A stretch of 62,282 nucleotides of DNA, counting the filler, from Sluysia triapertura (lineage: Eukaryota), in the NCBI GenBank assembly GCA_046118255.1. It is 5 parts of 5 records of this genome, joined end to end, with 100 filler letters (N's around TTAATTAATTAA, not from the genome) between each part and the next. Parts side by side here need not be neighbours in the genome. Positions count along the whole stretch, not along the records: positions 38,398 to 50,757 come from JBJNIA010116529.1; positions 50,858 to 62,282 come from JBJNIA010184879.1; 3 more parts are not named here. The stretch is one strand, 5' to 3'. The number at the start of each line of letters is the position of its first letter. Position 1 is the first letter of the stretch. The notes beneath the pieces were generated by a model. The model worked only from the letters and a program-made list of their open reading frames with translations. It was not told where the DNA came from and did no database searches. The position numbers and the translations under genes were made by a program. This document shows, piece after piece, positions 47,986-61,940 of the stretch.

Positions 47986-48892
47986 ATATATGTTATAATA
48001 TCGGTCTCTGCGCTTTTCTGATGTTTTTGTAATTTCTGCATCTTCTTATTTTTAATTACTTTTTGAATGCATTATATTTTAAATTCCTCCATGCTGGAAA
48101 AACTTCGTCTCTAAAGCTAGTAAAATATCTAATGTTAAAAATATAAAATTCTAAATGTAGCATAATTTTAAATTAAAAATATTTGCAAATATTTATCAAA
48201 AGTAAATTATTAAAATATATGAAATTATTTTTAAATGATTATTCCAAATTTCTTTTTAATAAAAAAATTTACATTAGAATAAAAGATTTTTAGAATAAAT
48301 ACCTAATGTTCTCCTATGATATTTTCGATTAGAATGTGTAAGAACAAGTGCAAGATCGATATTTGAGATGGATTTACAAGAATTGCGTAAAATGCTTTTG
48401 AAGAAAAGATTGTACCATTTACCTGGTGTTGTGTAATCACAACTATGACTATGGAGAACATTTAACATAATATATTAGAAAAAATATTTCATTTTATTAA
48501 TTACTTACACTAAGAAAGAAAATTCAACTTTTAAAACTATCTTTATTAACCTATTTCTATTTTGTAACCACTTATGATGTGCCAAGCTGAGATAAGCTGA
48601 CTGCATACGTGGAGATGAAAATTAAAAATAAAATTTGTACATTTACATTATGTGTTTAAACTCAATTTTGTTTGTTCATGAATATTGTAATAACTTGTTA
48701 CAATGTGCACATTAGTAAACTAATAATAGAATAACACGAATAGTGTCATCCAATAATACAAAAAATGGGACATCCTCTAACAACTAAGAAAATGAGAGTT
48801 CGATTGGGGTCCAAAATTCCAACTTCACTAACAATAATGCCGACCCATAGAATCATCCAACTGACCTCGTCGAGTTCGAATATCAAACATTG

Positions 48893-48909
48893 TATTATTA
48901 TTATTATTA

Positions 48910-48959
<50 letters not shown>

Positions 48960-49050
48960 ATGAAATTTGATGATAAAGTATTAGGTACTGTATTGATACA
49001 TTGTACAGGAACTACAGCCGGAATTAAGGAATCCTTTAGAGATCGCGTTG

Positions 49051-49115
<65 letters not shown>

Positions 49116-49288
49116 ATTAAATTTAACAACTAGCCTCTTTCAAAAACTTGCATGTGTGATTGTAAGAGATAAGTTCTACTTTTTCTCATGTGGATTATTA
49201 ACTTATTCGAATTATTTTGTAAACGAGTTATGAACACTATTTCTTTTCATGGTAGAATTTATCACGATTATTTGCTCCGCTATAAACC

Positions 49289-49329
<41 letters not shown>

Positions 49330-49337
49330 CATTATTA
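48893..49337. repeat. Cluster of three (ATT)n microsatellites
   Basis: Runs at ~48893-48956, 49052-49110 and 49289-49337. Confidence 0.95.
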
Positions 49338-50689
49338 TGTTTATATACGGAATTTTTGGCGGCAGTTATCCTTATTTATTATTTTATTGTTATTGTTTCT
49401 GTATTTTATAATTGTTTAATAGTAATTGTGACAGTTTAAAAGTGTAATAGAAAGTTTTAAATTTATCTTGTTACTTTAATTTAAATTATTATAGTGGTGA
49501 TAAATTTAAATATTTTATAATAAATATTATTATTACATTTCAATACATAATGGATGATTTACGGTGTCAATCAAATCATGTATAATTAGTCTTTATGTCG
49601 GGAGGCTAGTTCTGACCGAGTATATTGTAGTAGGTGAAATAAGTTCACATTTCAAATCTCTGTATTCGAACCCGAATGAATATATTTTATATAACGACAA
49701 TGTAGTTTAAAATAATGAAACAAAAGTAAATAAATAGAAATGTAATCAAAAAAGCGACTGTAATTAAGTCGGTAATTAAATTTAAATTATTTTAGTATCT
49801 AATTTTGTTATATTACTTGATGTAATAATATCAATCTATTTGTAATCGATTTATAATAGTAAGTACTATCTAACATTAATGTTTATTTATTTGGAAACAT
49901 TTTTCATTGATATATTGTACTATGATCAATAAATTCTTCTATTCCATTTTAATTAAAACCTATTACATCTGTCATGACTTGTCAAGGTCAGCCAAACTGA
50001 TGTAAATCGGTACTCAGAATACGAGATAGAAAATCTGTCAATGAGAGAATAATGGCACGATGGTAGACAGCATGTGAAAATATTAAAAATCGAGTTATCA
50101 ATGAGAAATTAATGCAAACATTAACATAGAACACTAAAAACTTGACGTGCATTTATTTTAAGTGACAATCATTAAATCTCTTAAATCATGTGTAAATTAT
50201 TTTTATTCATCAATAATAATAATGAAATATTATTATTATCTAATAATAATACCTAAAAATGTATCAATATGCATAAATAACTCAGAATAAGATCATAAAA
50301 AGTTTAATTTTAATGGCTACAGTCACTCCAAAGCCAAAACAGAAATGGTTCATCTTATTCAAGAAATAAGAGCCAGTGAAAATATTTTTATCAGCAGTTG
50401 TAAACTTTTAAAATATTGATATGGTCATTATATTTCTGAAATAATATTTTCTATACATTGATTTCTTTACTTAAATTTGTGCATAATTTTGTACACTCTA
50501 TAAAAATGATGATGATGATGATAAATAAGAAAAATTTAATATATTGATTTTGCTATTAAATGAATTACTAACTACACTACTAAGTAGACACACTACTGAT
50601 AGTACGAATCACTTCTGATATTTTATTATATATTGTGGAATTTGGATGTAGGAATAATTTCCTAAGAAATTCAAAATTATTTTATTTAA

Positions 50690-50691
<2 letters not shown>

Positions 50692-50757
<66 letters not shown>

Positions 50758-50903
50758 NNNNNNNNNNNNNNNNNNNNNNNNNNNNNNNNNNNNNNNNNNN
50801 NTTAATTAATTAANNNNNNNNNNNNNNNNNNNNNNNNNNNNNNNNNNNNNNNNNNNNCATTAAGAAGAAAACACTTGCAATAATAATAATAATAATAATA
50901 ATG

Positions 50904-50938
<35 letters not shown>
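50692..50938. other. (ATT)n and (AAT)n microsatellites flanking scaffold gap 50758-50857
   Basis: Microsatellites on both sides of an N run with linker. Confidence 0.95.
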
Positions 50939-50940
<2 letters not shown>

Positions 50941-51240
50941 CAGTAATATTAATAATACAAAATTACATAGTCAATTAGTATTATTCACAATGTTAACATG
51001 ATTACAATAATTGTACCACATAACACAAATCTTTCGTTCTTATTGTCTCTATCTTTTATTTCTTTGTATTTTTAAATTTCTCTGACTAAAGTATAAAATG
51101 CTTCACGGTTAAACGTTTACTGAATCATCAGTTTCAGTTTCTTGATGTTCGACGTGTCTTACTAATTCTTCATTAAGCACTTAAACAGTTTCATTTTCAT
51201 TACATAATTCTGCAGTCTGCTCCTTTATTTCTATATAATT

Positions 51241-51430
51241 TTACTTATCAATATGTTTTTTGTGTAATATTCTTTGAATATTGACTGCAGCTCTATGTAA
51301 TTTAGGATCGTTAAGATCAATGCAAATTTTGTCTTCGTCAATATCGTAGATAAGAATCTGGATGTGAAAAGTTCTGAAGGTATACAAGTATATCATCATT
51401 GGTTATACTATTAAGGTCTTGTTCTTCCAT
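51241..51430 (-). CDS. Small IQ-motif (neurogranin/neuromodulin/igloo-type) calmodulin-binding protein or pseudogene
   Basis: ATG at 51430; exons 51430-51386 and 51357-51241 with a 28-nt GT-AG intron give MEEQDLNSITNDDILILIYDIDEDKICIDLNDPKLHRAAVNIQRILHKKHIDK*, with the IDLxDP...AAxxIQ signature. Confidence 0.55.
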
Positions 51431-52646
51431 TGTGAATCTTCTTTTGATTTAAAAAAAGAAACCGGAGTTATAAAGTGCTGTTCGGAAAGGGAAAAGCGAT
51501 GTCGGCAAACTAATCGTGATAGTAGTACGATCTATTGTTATAATTTATATGCATTTATAATTCTATTTGGATGTTATGGTCTGGATAGAAATGTAGTGAG
51601 GTTGTAATGGTATGGAATGTTTATAAGTGAATTTGATGTGAATTTATCAATGACTATGACACTACAGTGTTACTAGTTTAAATTAAAAAAAGAAACAGTT
51701 TGCAGTTTAACCTAACTTTGATAATGACATGAAACTCAGGGATATCTACTTGACTTATATGTGCTAAGATCACAACTTGAATTTAAAATAATTATTTTCT
51801 AATATCTGGAGGTCACTGTTTACTCGTCTCTGGTGTAAGAGATGGAAGTGCGATTTCGATTAAAAAACTTTGCGCCTTCTCCTTTTAACTAAATAAAATA
51901 AGGTAGGCTGAACTCACTAAGGTTTATTTATCAAAGATAAAATGTCGATTTAGCAATAAAATAATATAAAATTCCTGACCGAAATAATAACAAAATGACC
52001 ACACGTAAAGTAGTTTAAATTTCTCGAAATTTACAACATGTAATTATTTTAGACTTATAAAATTCTGGATTTTAAAACGTTGTATCATTTTTAAATGCTA
52101 TTCTGAGTTTAAATGATTTTCGAAAGAAAAGGAATAAATATATGTTAACAGTTAACAATTAAATACCTCAATTCTTAAATAACTTGAATCGGCTTGAATC
52201 AAATGCAAATATTTCTCGAACCAAAATATTAAAATCAAATCTCGACACTTGAAACCAAATCTATACCTTGTATGAATGTGTTGATAAAACCCGTCTATTT
52301 ATATCCTATTTATTTCCTAATAGCGATAGTTTTAATTTTTATCATATAATGGAATTACTTCTTTACTTTTATTTTATTTTCACTCTTATTTGTTATTATT
52401 TTATCTACATTATTGTTTACTTTTGTTTTTATAGTATAGTAGAATCATAATTGTTATCACTTACTTTCAATTTATATTAATATTATTTTATTCTCATTAT
52501 TTTTTATAATATGGTGTTATTACTTTTTTAACCTAATTGTAATTTATAATATGTATTATTATTTAATTCAATATTACAATAAAATTTCTACTTAGTTTAT
52601 AAAATTTTATTGTTTTATTATAATATTATTTAGCATTATTAATATT

Positions 52647-53300
52647 GTGGGGATTTTAAAAGATAAATAAGATCCATATAGAATAAAGTAGAATTTTAAC
52701 GTGAGTCCACCAACGTACTAGGCTTACCAGTTAGGGCTAGCCATTAGATTTATAGATAAAAGATTTTAAAGGTTAGAATAATTTTCTAAAGCGTCTGTGG
52801 TTTTACTAGGATATTCTTGACTTAATAACTTTGCTGTTAATCTAGTAAATCAGGCTGAGTTCTGGAGGTAAAAGTTAATGCAAACTGTCACTATCAATAA
52901 ATGTTTTACTAACTGAAAAAATATTAATAGAAATAGTTTAAGAAGTAGTTTACGAAGATCTTATGAAAAGGATCTACAAAATGCGAATTTACATTATTAG
53001 AATTAAATTCTAATAGATGAAAACTTTATTTCAGTGGGGCTTTTATAATTAAAACTATAAAATTTAGATATTAATGGTAAAAGTAAAACAAATTCTTTAA
53101 CAATTTTTTATTAAACACTTAATAAATTTCAAATGAGAGGTTATAAGTATAAAATAAAATAGATAAGTTACGCAGAATTAATTAAATTTAATTCTCAAAA
53201 TGATAGTAATTTATTAATGATTTTGCGTGAAATCCATTATAAGATTTCGGAAATGATTATAAAAGTTAAATGCACGTCTATTTTAAGAGGATATGTATTG
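52647..53300 (+). mobile_element. Decayed interspersed element with a palindromic core, copy 2
   Basis: Core at 52701-52742. Begins tgtggggatttt, resembling the terminus at 58917 on the minus strand. Confidence 0.45.
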
Positions 53301-55226
53301 TATATCTACAACTTAATATAATAAACCAACGTATTTTGATTAGAAGAGGAATTTAGTAAACAATTCAATTTTCTTTGCATGAATCTTTTAATCTTCGCAA
53401 GTTTGGTTTTTTCTTGTTACTTCGATGAAAAAATATTTATAAAGATTGTTTACAAACTTGTGTTAAAAATTTTGAATTGTTTGTTGAATTTTACGACTAC
53501 TTATAGTTGATTTAGCTGGCCTTGGCCAGATTAAAACAAAGTATTTTATTTTATTTATTAAAACAAAGTAATTTAATTAATTTTAAAAATATTAAATTTA
53601 CATTTTAAAATTTATATATAATAAATATAATTACTTAGTTTATTCTAGGAACAATAATTTAAATCCAAATAATTTTAAATCCAACGCAAATCAATAAAAT
53701 AATAATTAAAATCAAATAATCAATAAATTGTTAATTTATAAATTTAAATCACAATATTATTTAGTCACAACATAAAGTTCAAAAAGTCATATTATAAGTC
53801 ATATAATTACAATAATAATAATAATCTTGAAATGTAGCATTTAGAATGATGTTTTCTTAATATAAACTCATAATCATCGTTGATTGTCCAGGTGTGACAT
53901 GTAAAAACACTTAATATTAAACGAACCACGACCGGCCAAATGATCGTGTTTAGTTTTTACTTAAAAAAATATTTAAAAAATTGTATTGTTTTGTACCATT
54001 TTATAATATGACTTAATTTTTTATATAATTTTATATACAGGTACCAGTGAAATGACCGGCGATGATATGAATAGGTTTAGTATTAATACTACCTCGACAT
54101 ATTCTTTCAAATACCTGCTAAATATGGTATAATGGATCCGTATAATTTTCAAGAAGAATATTTATAATCTATTCTACTTCACCTGGTGCGTAAATAATCA
54201 ACTTACAAGGTTCATTCAAATAATGCTTATCTTTCTTACTAATAATATAAAGCATAATAATAATAATGATATGGATAACAATTACATAAAATGATTTTAT
54301 ATAATAACGTTTAATATTGAAAATTTATTAATACTTTATTAATAGAATGTATAAAATGAAAAAAAATCATATTTGAAAAAGTTTGATTTGTTTGAATAAA
54401 AGAGGAAAACCAAACTAAATAAACAACAAGTAAATATGACTTTAATTGTTTAGACAAACACAGGAGAACACAAACGTGACTTTTAATTTGGTTTAAATAA
54501 AGCATTATGATGTACATAATTTGATTGTCTAGAAATCATACTGGTTATTTCTTCTTAATCACATTTACATTGATAGTGACAGTATTTTTCAAAAAGTTGT
54601 TTAATAATTTACATATATCGTGAAATATTTTGCATTAAAATTTGTCGTATTTTATTTAAATTAGAAGAGAATTTATTCGTTTAACAATTGTAAATTATTA
54701 TTCATATTTATTTTAAAATTATTCGTAAATTTCATACAAATTTAACCTTTTCAAATGACCTTAGTTTTTAACCTAAATTATCGTTATTTGTGGATTCGTG
54801 AATTTAACATGTCTCTGTTAGAGATAGAAGTACTATTTGATGTTACTGAACGTGTTAAAATGTTTAAAGTTGAGTGAATAAAGTTATCAATTTATAAATA
54901 AAATTTTGGATAAGATAATTGATAATTTGATGCAGAAGTACTTAATAAGAATAAATTAATGTGAGTGTATATTTAAAAGATACTTAGATTCGAAATATGT
55001 TCGAATCTTTTTTAACTAAGTGTACTTAGAAGCAATTAAAGTCATTGCTACACTATCTCTACATTATTGAATAGCTATTGAAATTATGAGTAAGATTCTA
55101 GATTTATCTTCGAACTTACATAATTAACTTTCAATATATAACAGTAAGAATTATTAGAAAATTCAAATTCTAATATTATTTTAACCTATTTCTATTTATA
55201 AACTCATTATCCTACTTGCCTATTAA

Positions 55227-56778
55227 CCCATTCGCTGCCAAGCCTAAATTGTATGAAGTTATTCGCTTTGTCATTTCTGTTTTGAGTGTTATTGTTTATT
55301 AAAGTTTTATTATGTCAAGATAAATACACATTTTGTCATAAATAAATAATTTACATGTATAAAAATCAAACACGACTATACTCGTGGTTAGCAGTGGGAA
55401 TGCAACAGGACTCGATATCCTTTTTCTTATTTGAACACGTTTAAAATAAGATTCTATTTCGTTTCAGAGAAAAAGGTATAATGTAACATTGGACAATTAC
55501 ACTCTGAGTTTATCTACAACTTCTATCATCAGTAAGCAGTGTAGTTCTGTAGAGACAGAAGTACCATCAATAACTCATTAGTTGGGAAATAAACATAAAA
55601 AATTGTGATAACTGTGAAAGAACTGTGAACGATCCAACTGTGAAAGTGAAATAACAATGACATTATATTATCATAAATTACATTTACCATAAATTATATT
55701 TATTCATTTTCATTATTACATTAACATAAATTGTATTTATTCAATGTTATTATTACATCTATTTTTATTAAATTATTTATTTTTATTTATTGAAGAAATA
55801 AAATTAATTTTTAAATTTAATAAATTTAACAAATTAAATAAACATTTAAATTTTACATTTAATAAAATTAAATTATTTAAGTCAAATAAAATTAAAACTT
55901 TATTTTTGTTGAAACGAAGTAATATGGCAACTGAAAATTTTGTATTTAAGAATCGGAGATTCTAACAAAATGACACAAGCCACATTTCGGAAAAATAGAT
56001 CATCACGGACAGTTCAATTCAAATTTCCATGTCGAAAGCAAGGTTTTGTTTAATAAGTTTTATATACTCACCGTAACTGGGAAAATAAATTAAAATCTGC
56101 TTAAAATATTTAATTTCTTTTCACTTAGGCCGTAACTGGCTAAGTTAATATACGTCTAAAATTATTACACTAAATCTTCGGATTTAAGTGTTAAATTGTA
56201 TATTATTATTATAATTTGTTCCTCTGTATTAATATTTATATAATTTTCTTAATACATCTTAAGTACAATTCCATTTGTTTATTAATAAATAAAATATCAT
56301 TTTCTCCTCACTATACCGTAATAAGGCTAGCTAAATATCATAAAATATAAAGAGATTTATAATCAGACCGTAAAAAGGCTAACTCAAAATCTCGTAAATT
56401 ATAATTAATTAAAGAATTTTTTGATAACTATTGAGTACTGTTAGCGTGACTATTTACATAATTAAACGTAATTATTTTCGCAATACGTAACTCTTCTAAA
56501 GTAGAATTGCATTACTTCTTAAAGGCCAGACATTTGACGTTTCTGTTAGGTGAACTCGTCTCCAAACTTATATTTTACATGATAAAACCTTCGCAAAATT
56601 AATAAAGTGAACTTTTATAAAAACAATTTATTTATAGCTTTTTGTCAAGTTTTTAAACTTGTTTATTTATGTTTGTAGCCATAAAAGATTTGCAATCTCC
56701 ACAAGTTATACGTTATTATATATTGAAAGTATCACGAGTATAATCGTGCTAGTATATTTGTGGCTGGTAGCGAATAGG
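55227..56778. mobile_element. Non-autonomous piggyBac-like element (~1.55 kb)
   Basis: TTAA|cccattcgctgcca...tggtagcgaatagg|TTAA (TIR 12/14). Subterminal inverted palindromes cacgactatactcgtg (~55371) and cacgagtataatcgtg (~56733). Confidence 0.85.
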
Positions 56779-56949
56779 TTAACCTATAATAATTATAACA
56801 TTTTATAATCCCTGATGATGTGCCTACTACTTAGCTAGAAAGTGGACTTCATGCATGTAAATAAAACTAACTTATTACCCTATTTCTACTATGGAAGTGA
56901 TGCGTTGCTCGAATATAGTGAAGAATCCCTTTTCAGATGAAAAAGGTTT

Positions 56950-58917
56950 GTTTTTTTGTGAGATGTAGGTTTTCCAATCTTTCGAACTATTACTAGTACA
57001 AAAGTAAGAAAGAGAAATGGAATTATACTCATTAAATTAAACAATGATTCGAGTAATACTACTAAAGTTGCAGTTGTATTTGTACCATGCTTTAAATACT
57101 GCAGTGTTTATGTATGAGAATTTTTAATTAAATTACAATAACATGTTCTATCTTCTTAGAAGATACATAGAATTGCAGATCGTGATTTGTTCTATTAAGA
57201 CAAACTACGTTTGTAAGGATTTTGCACTACTGTCGATAGCATGAAGACTTGCACGCATCATTCATAACGAATAAATTACTCCAAATGATAATTAATAGAA
57301 AATTATTGAGATATTCTTCAAACATTTTGATTTTTTATCCTATTTGCTTATTCTAGGCATATTCTGTCTTTTCCTTTAGAAAGTAAGTTATAAGGAAATT
57401 CCTTTAGCGCCATTTTACATCTAGTAGCATGAACAATTTTCGTTTTCCTAGATCTTTTGTTTACTACTACTTCTATATTTGCAGGAATAGTGTCAGTAAC
57501 TTCGTATGGACCATTAGAAATCTGTTTAGTTTAGATGATTGGCTTTTTATTAGTACAGAATCGAAAATTAAACCTTTATCTCCAACTCTAAAGTTGTGAG
57601 GATGGGCTTTCTTATAATATTCTTTCACGTTTTCCTGGTTGTTTTATAGTTCATGCTTCACTCAGTCTGAATTCTAATATTGCTAAGCAGTCTGTGGTTT
57701 CCATATATTGCGATTGAGGTACTGGTATACTGGCATTTTTAATCCACTTTATTGATGCATATGCAATACTTCATTTCCCAGAGCATTTTGTATATCTACT
57801 AACGAAAAACTGTTTTCAATTTCTGAATGACTGCAATTATTGTACCAGATGGTCTTATTCCGCATAATATTCGTATTCTTAATAGTAATCTTTGAAAATT
57901 CCATTAATTGTTAATCGATTTATTTCTTGTTGTTGAATACTTATTTCTGGATTATCATTTTTCATTTCTTTTATTATTTCTTCCCATTCTCTTTTTTAAT
58001 TGTCTACTTTAATAAATACATATTTATTAACTCGTCTGCTTTAATACAAGCATTTTCTTGAAGAGTAATTGCTGTTCGATCTTGAACTTGTTTAACGAAA
58101 TTTGCTAAATCGCTATTATTTTCTTGATAGCCATTCCGTCTATTATGGCTCTTCTAATTATTACTACATCATTTATAACGATTTAGCTAAATTTTTGTGA
58201 AAATAAATACCGTTTGTTCTTGATCAGAACTTTTTATTATTGCTCATGATATGTTATTATCAAAATATAAATTCCTATTTTTATGAGATCTTAATCTTTC
58301 TCTCTGTATATTGTTGGTTTTAGCTGCAAAATTTACCTTATGTTCTTTACTCTTAATTTTTTTATCCACTTCTCGAGCCTTTTCTAATGTGGCTTTATAT
58401 CCTTCAATATTTGACGCAGTTAATAAAATACCTAATATTATTTTTAATTCCTTTAGTGAATTTTTCTGCAATCTTTTCATGAAACTTTTTTTTCTTCTTC
58501 GTTATTTATTTTAATCACATAAGCTCTTTCAGTTAATAAGCACATTCTCAATTAATAAGCATATTCTGCAACTATTTCTTTTCGTATTTGTATTCTTCCT
58601 TAAAAACATTCGTTTACTTAAATTTCTAAATGCTGATTTCATTATTTCCCAGACATTTTTTTCTGATTCTGGAATAAACTTAAATCAATTTGATACATAT
58701 TCTGTTAAATAAGAAGCACATTTTTTATGCTTAATAAAATATCTCAATTTCTTTATATTACTATATAACTATTACGTGTTCCTTCTTGAATATCCATATT
58801 TAATAAGTGTTTATCAATTTCCCTTAATACAACTTTTGGAGCAATATGTGTTGGCACATTTTAATTAAAATTTGTGCTAAATCTATCATATTGAATTTGT
58901 AACATTTAAAAATCCTC
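56950..58917 (-). mobile_element. Degenerate, internally deleted Ty3/gypsy element (gag and integrase C-terminus)
   Basis: Gag-like YKATLEKAREVD (58244-58480). Integrase tail FRVGDK, GPYEVTD (~57492-57512) and KIVHATRCK. Confidence 0.7.
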
Positions 58918-60593
58918 ACATTATAATTATTCTTCTTTGTAACGTTTCATTAACATAACTTATTATTGATTTCTGGGCATACTCTTTTAGCAATTATTTT
59001 TCTAATCTACTACTATAAAAATTATAAAAATGTGCATCTAGTTTTGATTTTATTTTTATATGGTTTAAACAATTTCTTACTTAATCTTTTCTCAAATAAA
59101 GTTGGTCACAATAATGTCAAATTCAATTTTCAAAAGACAGTTGGGTTAATCTTTTTATCAATATATTCATTGTAAGATTTATGATTTACAATTTATTTAT
59201 TTTAAAACAATTACAAATCTTCATCATTAATTCTCCTATAAAACTAGTACCCTGATAGATAATTATTTTTCATTTACTTAATAACTAAAAATATTTTTTC
59301 ATCTATTAACAATTATTTTCTGTTATTGTCGTTGCCTTATATTCTGATTTCCATGTAGATATTTTGTTGTAGGTCCGCAATATCGATTTTAGTTTAGACA
59401 AAAAATCTATTTTATATAGTTTTCCAATAGTACCGTTTGATTGTTATGGATGATAAAGTTTTCTTAGAAGATAAATGACCTCTTAAGACCTCGTTGTGAT
59501 ATTCGTACAATAAACTTACTATTACCATTTTTATGTTTATAACTTATATTATAATATACCTTTTCTGAGATATTTAAATAATTCAATAGACATGCTTCTT
59601 TTTCATCTAGTCTGGACAAAAATCAACATTTGCATTTGCTTTTTCATATTTCAATATCATATTATTGTAATATTTGTTAGGTGTTAAACCATAATAAAAG
59701 TATAAAAAGGTTAAAAGTATGAAATTTTCATTGCAAAAAATATAATTAGAGCTTTTTTCTCAATTAATTTCATGTTGTTTTAATATAGGCCACAACAAAA
59801 TCATTAATGTCTTCATTTTCTTTTTGTCCCAAAACTGTGCTCACTAGATGAGTACTTGAAATTGTCGTAATCAGGAAATATAAATTCATATTTGAAAATC
59901 GTAAAATAGAATACTACTTATTTTTCTTGAAGTACATTAAGAGCTTCTGCTTACATAAATTGATATAATGGAACAGCAATTTTTTGTAAAATTTTCTATT
60001 TCCAAGCCTAAAAATCCTTGAAAATCTTTCATCTTGTTTGGAGTTTGAAATTTTTTTTATTTTTTCCATATTTGATTGAATTCTTTTATAAGAAATGCAT
60101 GGTTTTGCCAACTAGCACTTAAACAGTTTGATTTTTATACTATCATAGTGTAAAAGCTGAAAAACTTGAAATATATCATGTTACACCTTTTATGGGAATA
60201 AGATTTATAAGCATTTACACTATAAAATTACAGTAAACTTCTAAATTAATTACACCTCTATATTTTATAACCTCCGTAAGCATTTAATTCAAACCAAATT
60301 TCAATATTGGTTCGACATTTACAGCAGCTATCACCTAAAAAAATAATACATATTTTGTACTGGCTGCCAAAAAATGTCATATAAATAACCTCCAATAATG
60401 ACCCTACGTTTATTTTGCCAATACAAGAACTGCATACAATTACAAATGACAATTAAGTAATAACCAATAATTAATTTGTAAGTAAAGATAGTAATAATAG
60501 CATTAATAAACAAAATAGTACAATCCAACTATAACTACAATGTGATTAAATTACCACATAACTAATATCAATATTTTAACAAAATATACTTAC

Positions 60594-61584
60594 TTTAAAA
60601 TCAAGACTGTTATCAGTAGATGTATCGGCGACACCGGCAATAAATACTGTCAAATTAGCTGTGTACATGGCAACAATGCAAATACAAGCAAATGCCCAGC
60701 AATTTTGTACCCATTTAACTGGCCATGACTTTGGAACTTTGGTTTTTATCGTATGTCCAAACATTATTGCATATACTGAATTAAGAGCTGAAGAAATAGT
60801 GTAATTTTTGAGGCGCTGACGACCCCATGGATTTAAACCGAAAGGACTTTTCCATTCGAAAGTAGCTAATGCAATTGCTGAAAGTGAAGCCATTACAACA
60901 ATAAGCAACCATAATTCTAATTTAAATGGTTTAAAAACAGCTCCTAGGAAACTGTCCCGTTCTTGCAACAAATTCAAAACTTCGATATTGCTTGTATAAT
61001 ATGGATCTGACATATCAATATGTTGTTCTCGTTCTACAGTTATACTGAATGCACCGACGCCAATATGAGCAGTTCCATTTACTATGTCTTCAATCACAGC
61101 TTTCCATGGGTTCATAGATTGATTTCGAACTACATAGAATGTCATATCGTATTTAAGATCAGCTCCTAATTTTTGCAACAAAGTTATCGAGAGACCATAA
61201 CAACAGCGAATATTATCTTTGTTATTGTGTTCGACATTGTTGAAATTAATCTGCCGTTTAAGTCTATTAATATATTTATATACATCGAAATTGTATAAAC
61301 TGGAATTTGTAGGTAGTTCATAACAAATTACATTTTGTCCACATTCTGGCACATGAGTATCGTCTTCATTTAATGAAATTTCGGTAGCAGTATCTATGCG
61401 AATGAAAGGATCGGTAGGTACAACTGCCACATACACTTGTTTGTAACTTCGAAAATTTAAAAATCCATAGTTCTGGCAAACGATATTTAAATATAGAGAA
61501 GTTAACCCATTGTACGTGAGACACAAGGACCACTGATAATTCTTAGAATGTTTAAAAAGTTTGTACACTGAGTAATTGTTAAAC
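60594..61584 (-). CDS. NMDA-type glutamate receptor, GluN3-like subunit; internal exon encoding S1, M1, M2 and M3
   Basis: CAG|G acceptor at 61584 and AAA|GTAAGT donor at 60594. Motifs CCYGLSITLL, GAFSITVERE..ID.S.PY, PFKLELW and EWKSPFGLNPWGR...SSALNSVYAIMFGHT..K.PKSW...YTANL, closest to GRIN3 (EWKSPFGLTPKGR...SSALN). Confidence 0.88.
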
Positions 61585-61940
61585 CTGTATTCGTTGTTCG
61601 AAAAGTAATGAGTAATTCTTAATATAATAATTACAATGACAATAATATTTACATAACTTTAACATAAATGAAGCAAGCAAAATTAATAGTCATATCTCGA
61701 TTTACTTCCAACTTTCGTCTTTCTTGTATTATGGCTTTAAAAGAAAAATGGCAATAAATAAAGTTTTTAAGAAATTAACAAAATAAATTACTTTAAATAT
61801 TGCCCTGCTACATTTGAGTTATTTTACTAAGAAACAAAATTTAATACATTAATGTAAAATTACTAAATTTAAACGCTATTATTGTAAATAATAGAAATCA
61901 TCATAGTTAATTTGTATTTTTATTTATATATTTATGGTTA

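Noticed and set aside
48274-48468. Possible ADAM/reprolysin or NMDA S2 exon (CDYTTPGKWY; DLALVLTH)
   Set aside because: Resemblance is limited to a few residues and no supporting exons were found.
48765-49439. Poly-Ile/Tyr/Leu ORFs (also 20648-20920)
   Set aside because: Translations of (ATT)n microsatellites.
49663-49676. B-box-like CGGGTTCGAAT on the minus strand
   Set aside because: No A-box or cloverleaf nearby.
51116-51243. Stop-codon reassignment suggested by in-frame TAA in coding-like tracts
   Set aside because: The intact ADH5, U2SURP and GluN3 exons contain no in-frame TAA/TAG, and U2SURP ends in TAG; pseudogenisation is simpler.
59914-60528. Minus ORFs just downstream of the NMDA exon as its next exons
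   Set aside because: No S2 or M4 similarity in any frame, and they contain early stops.
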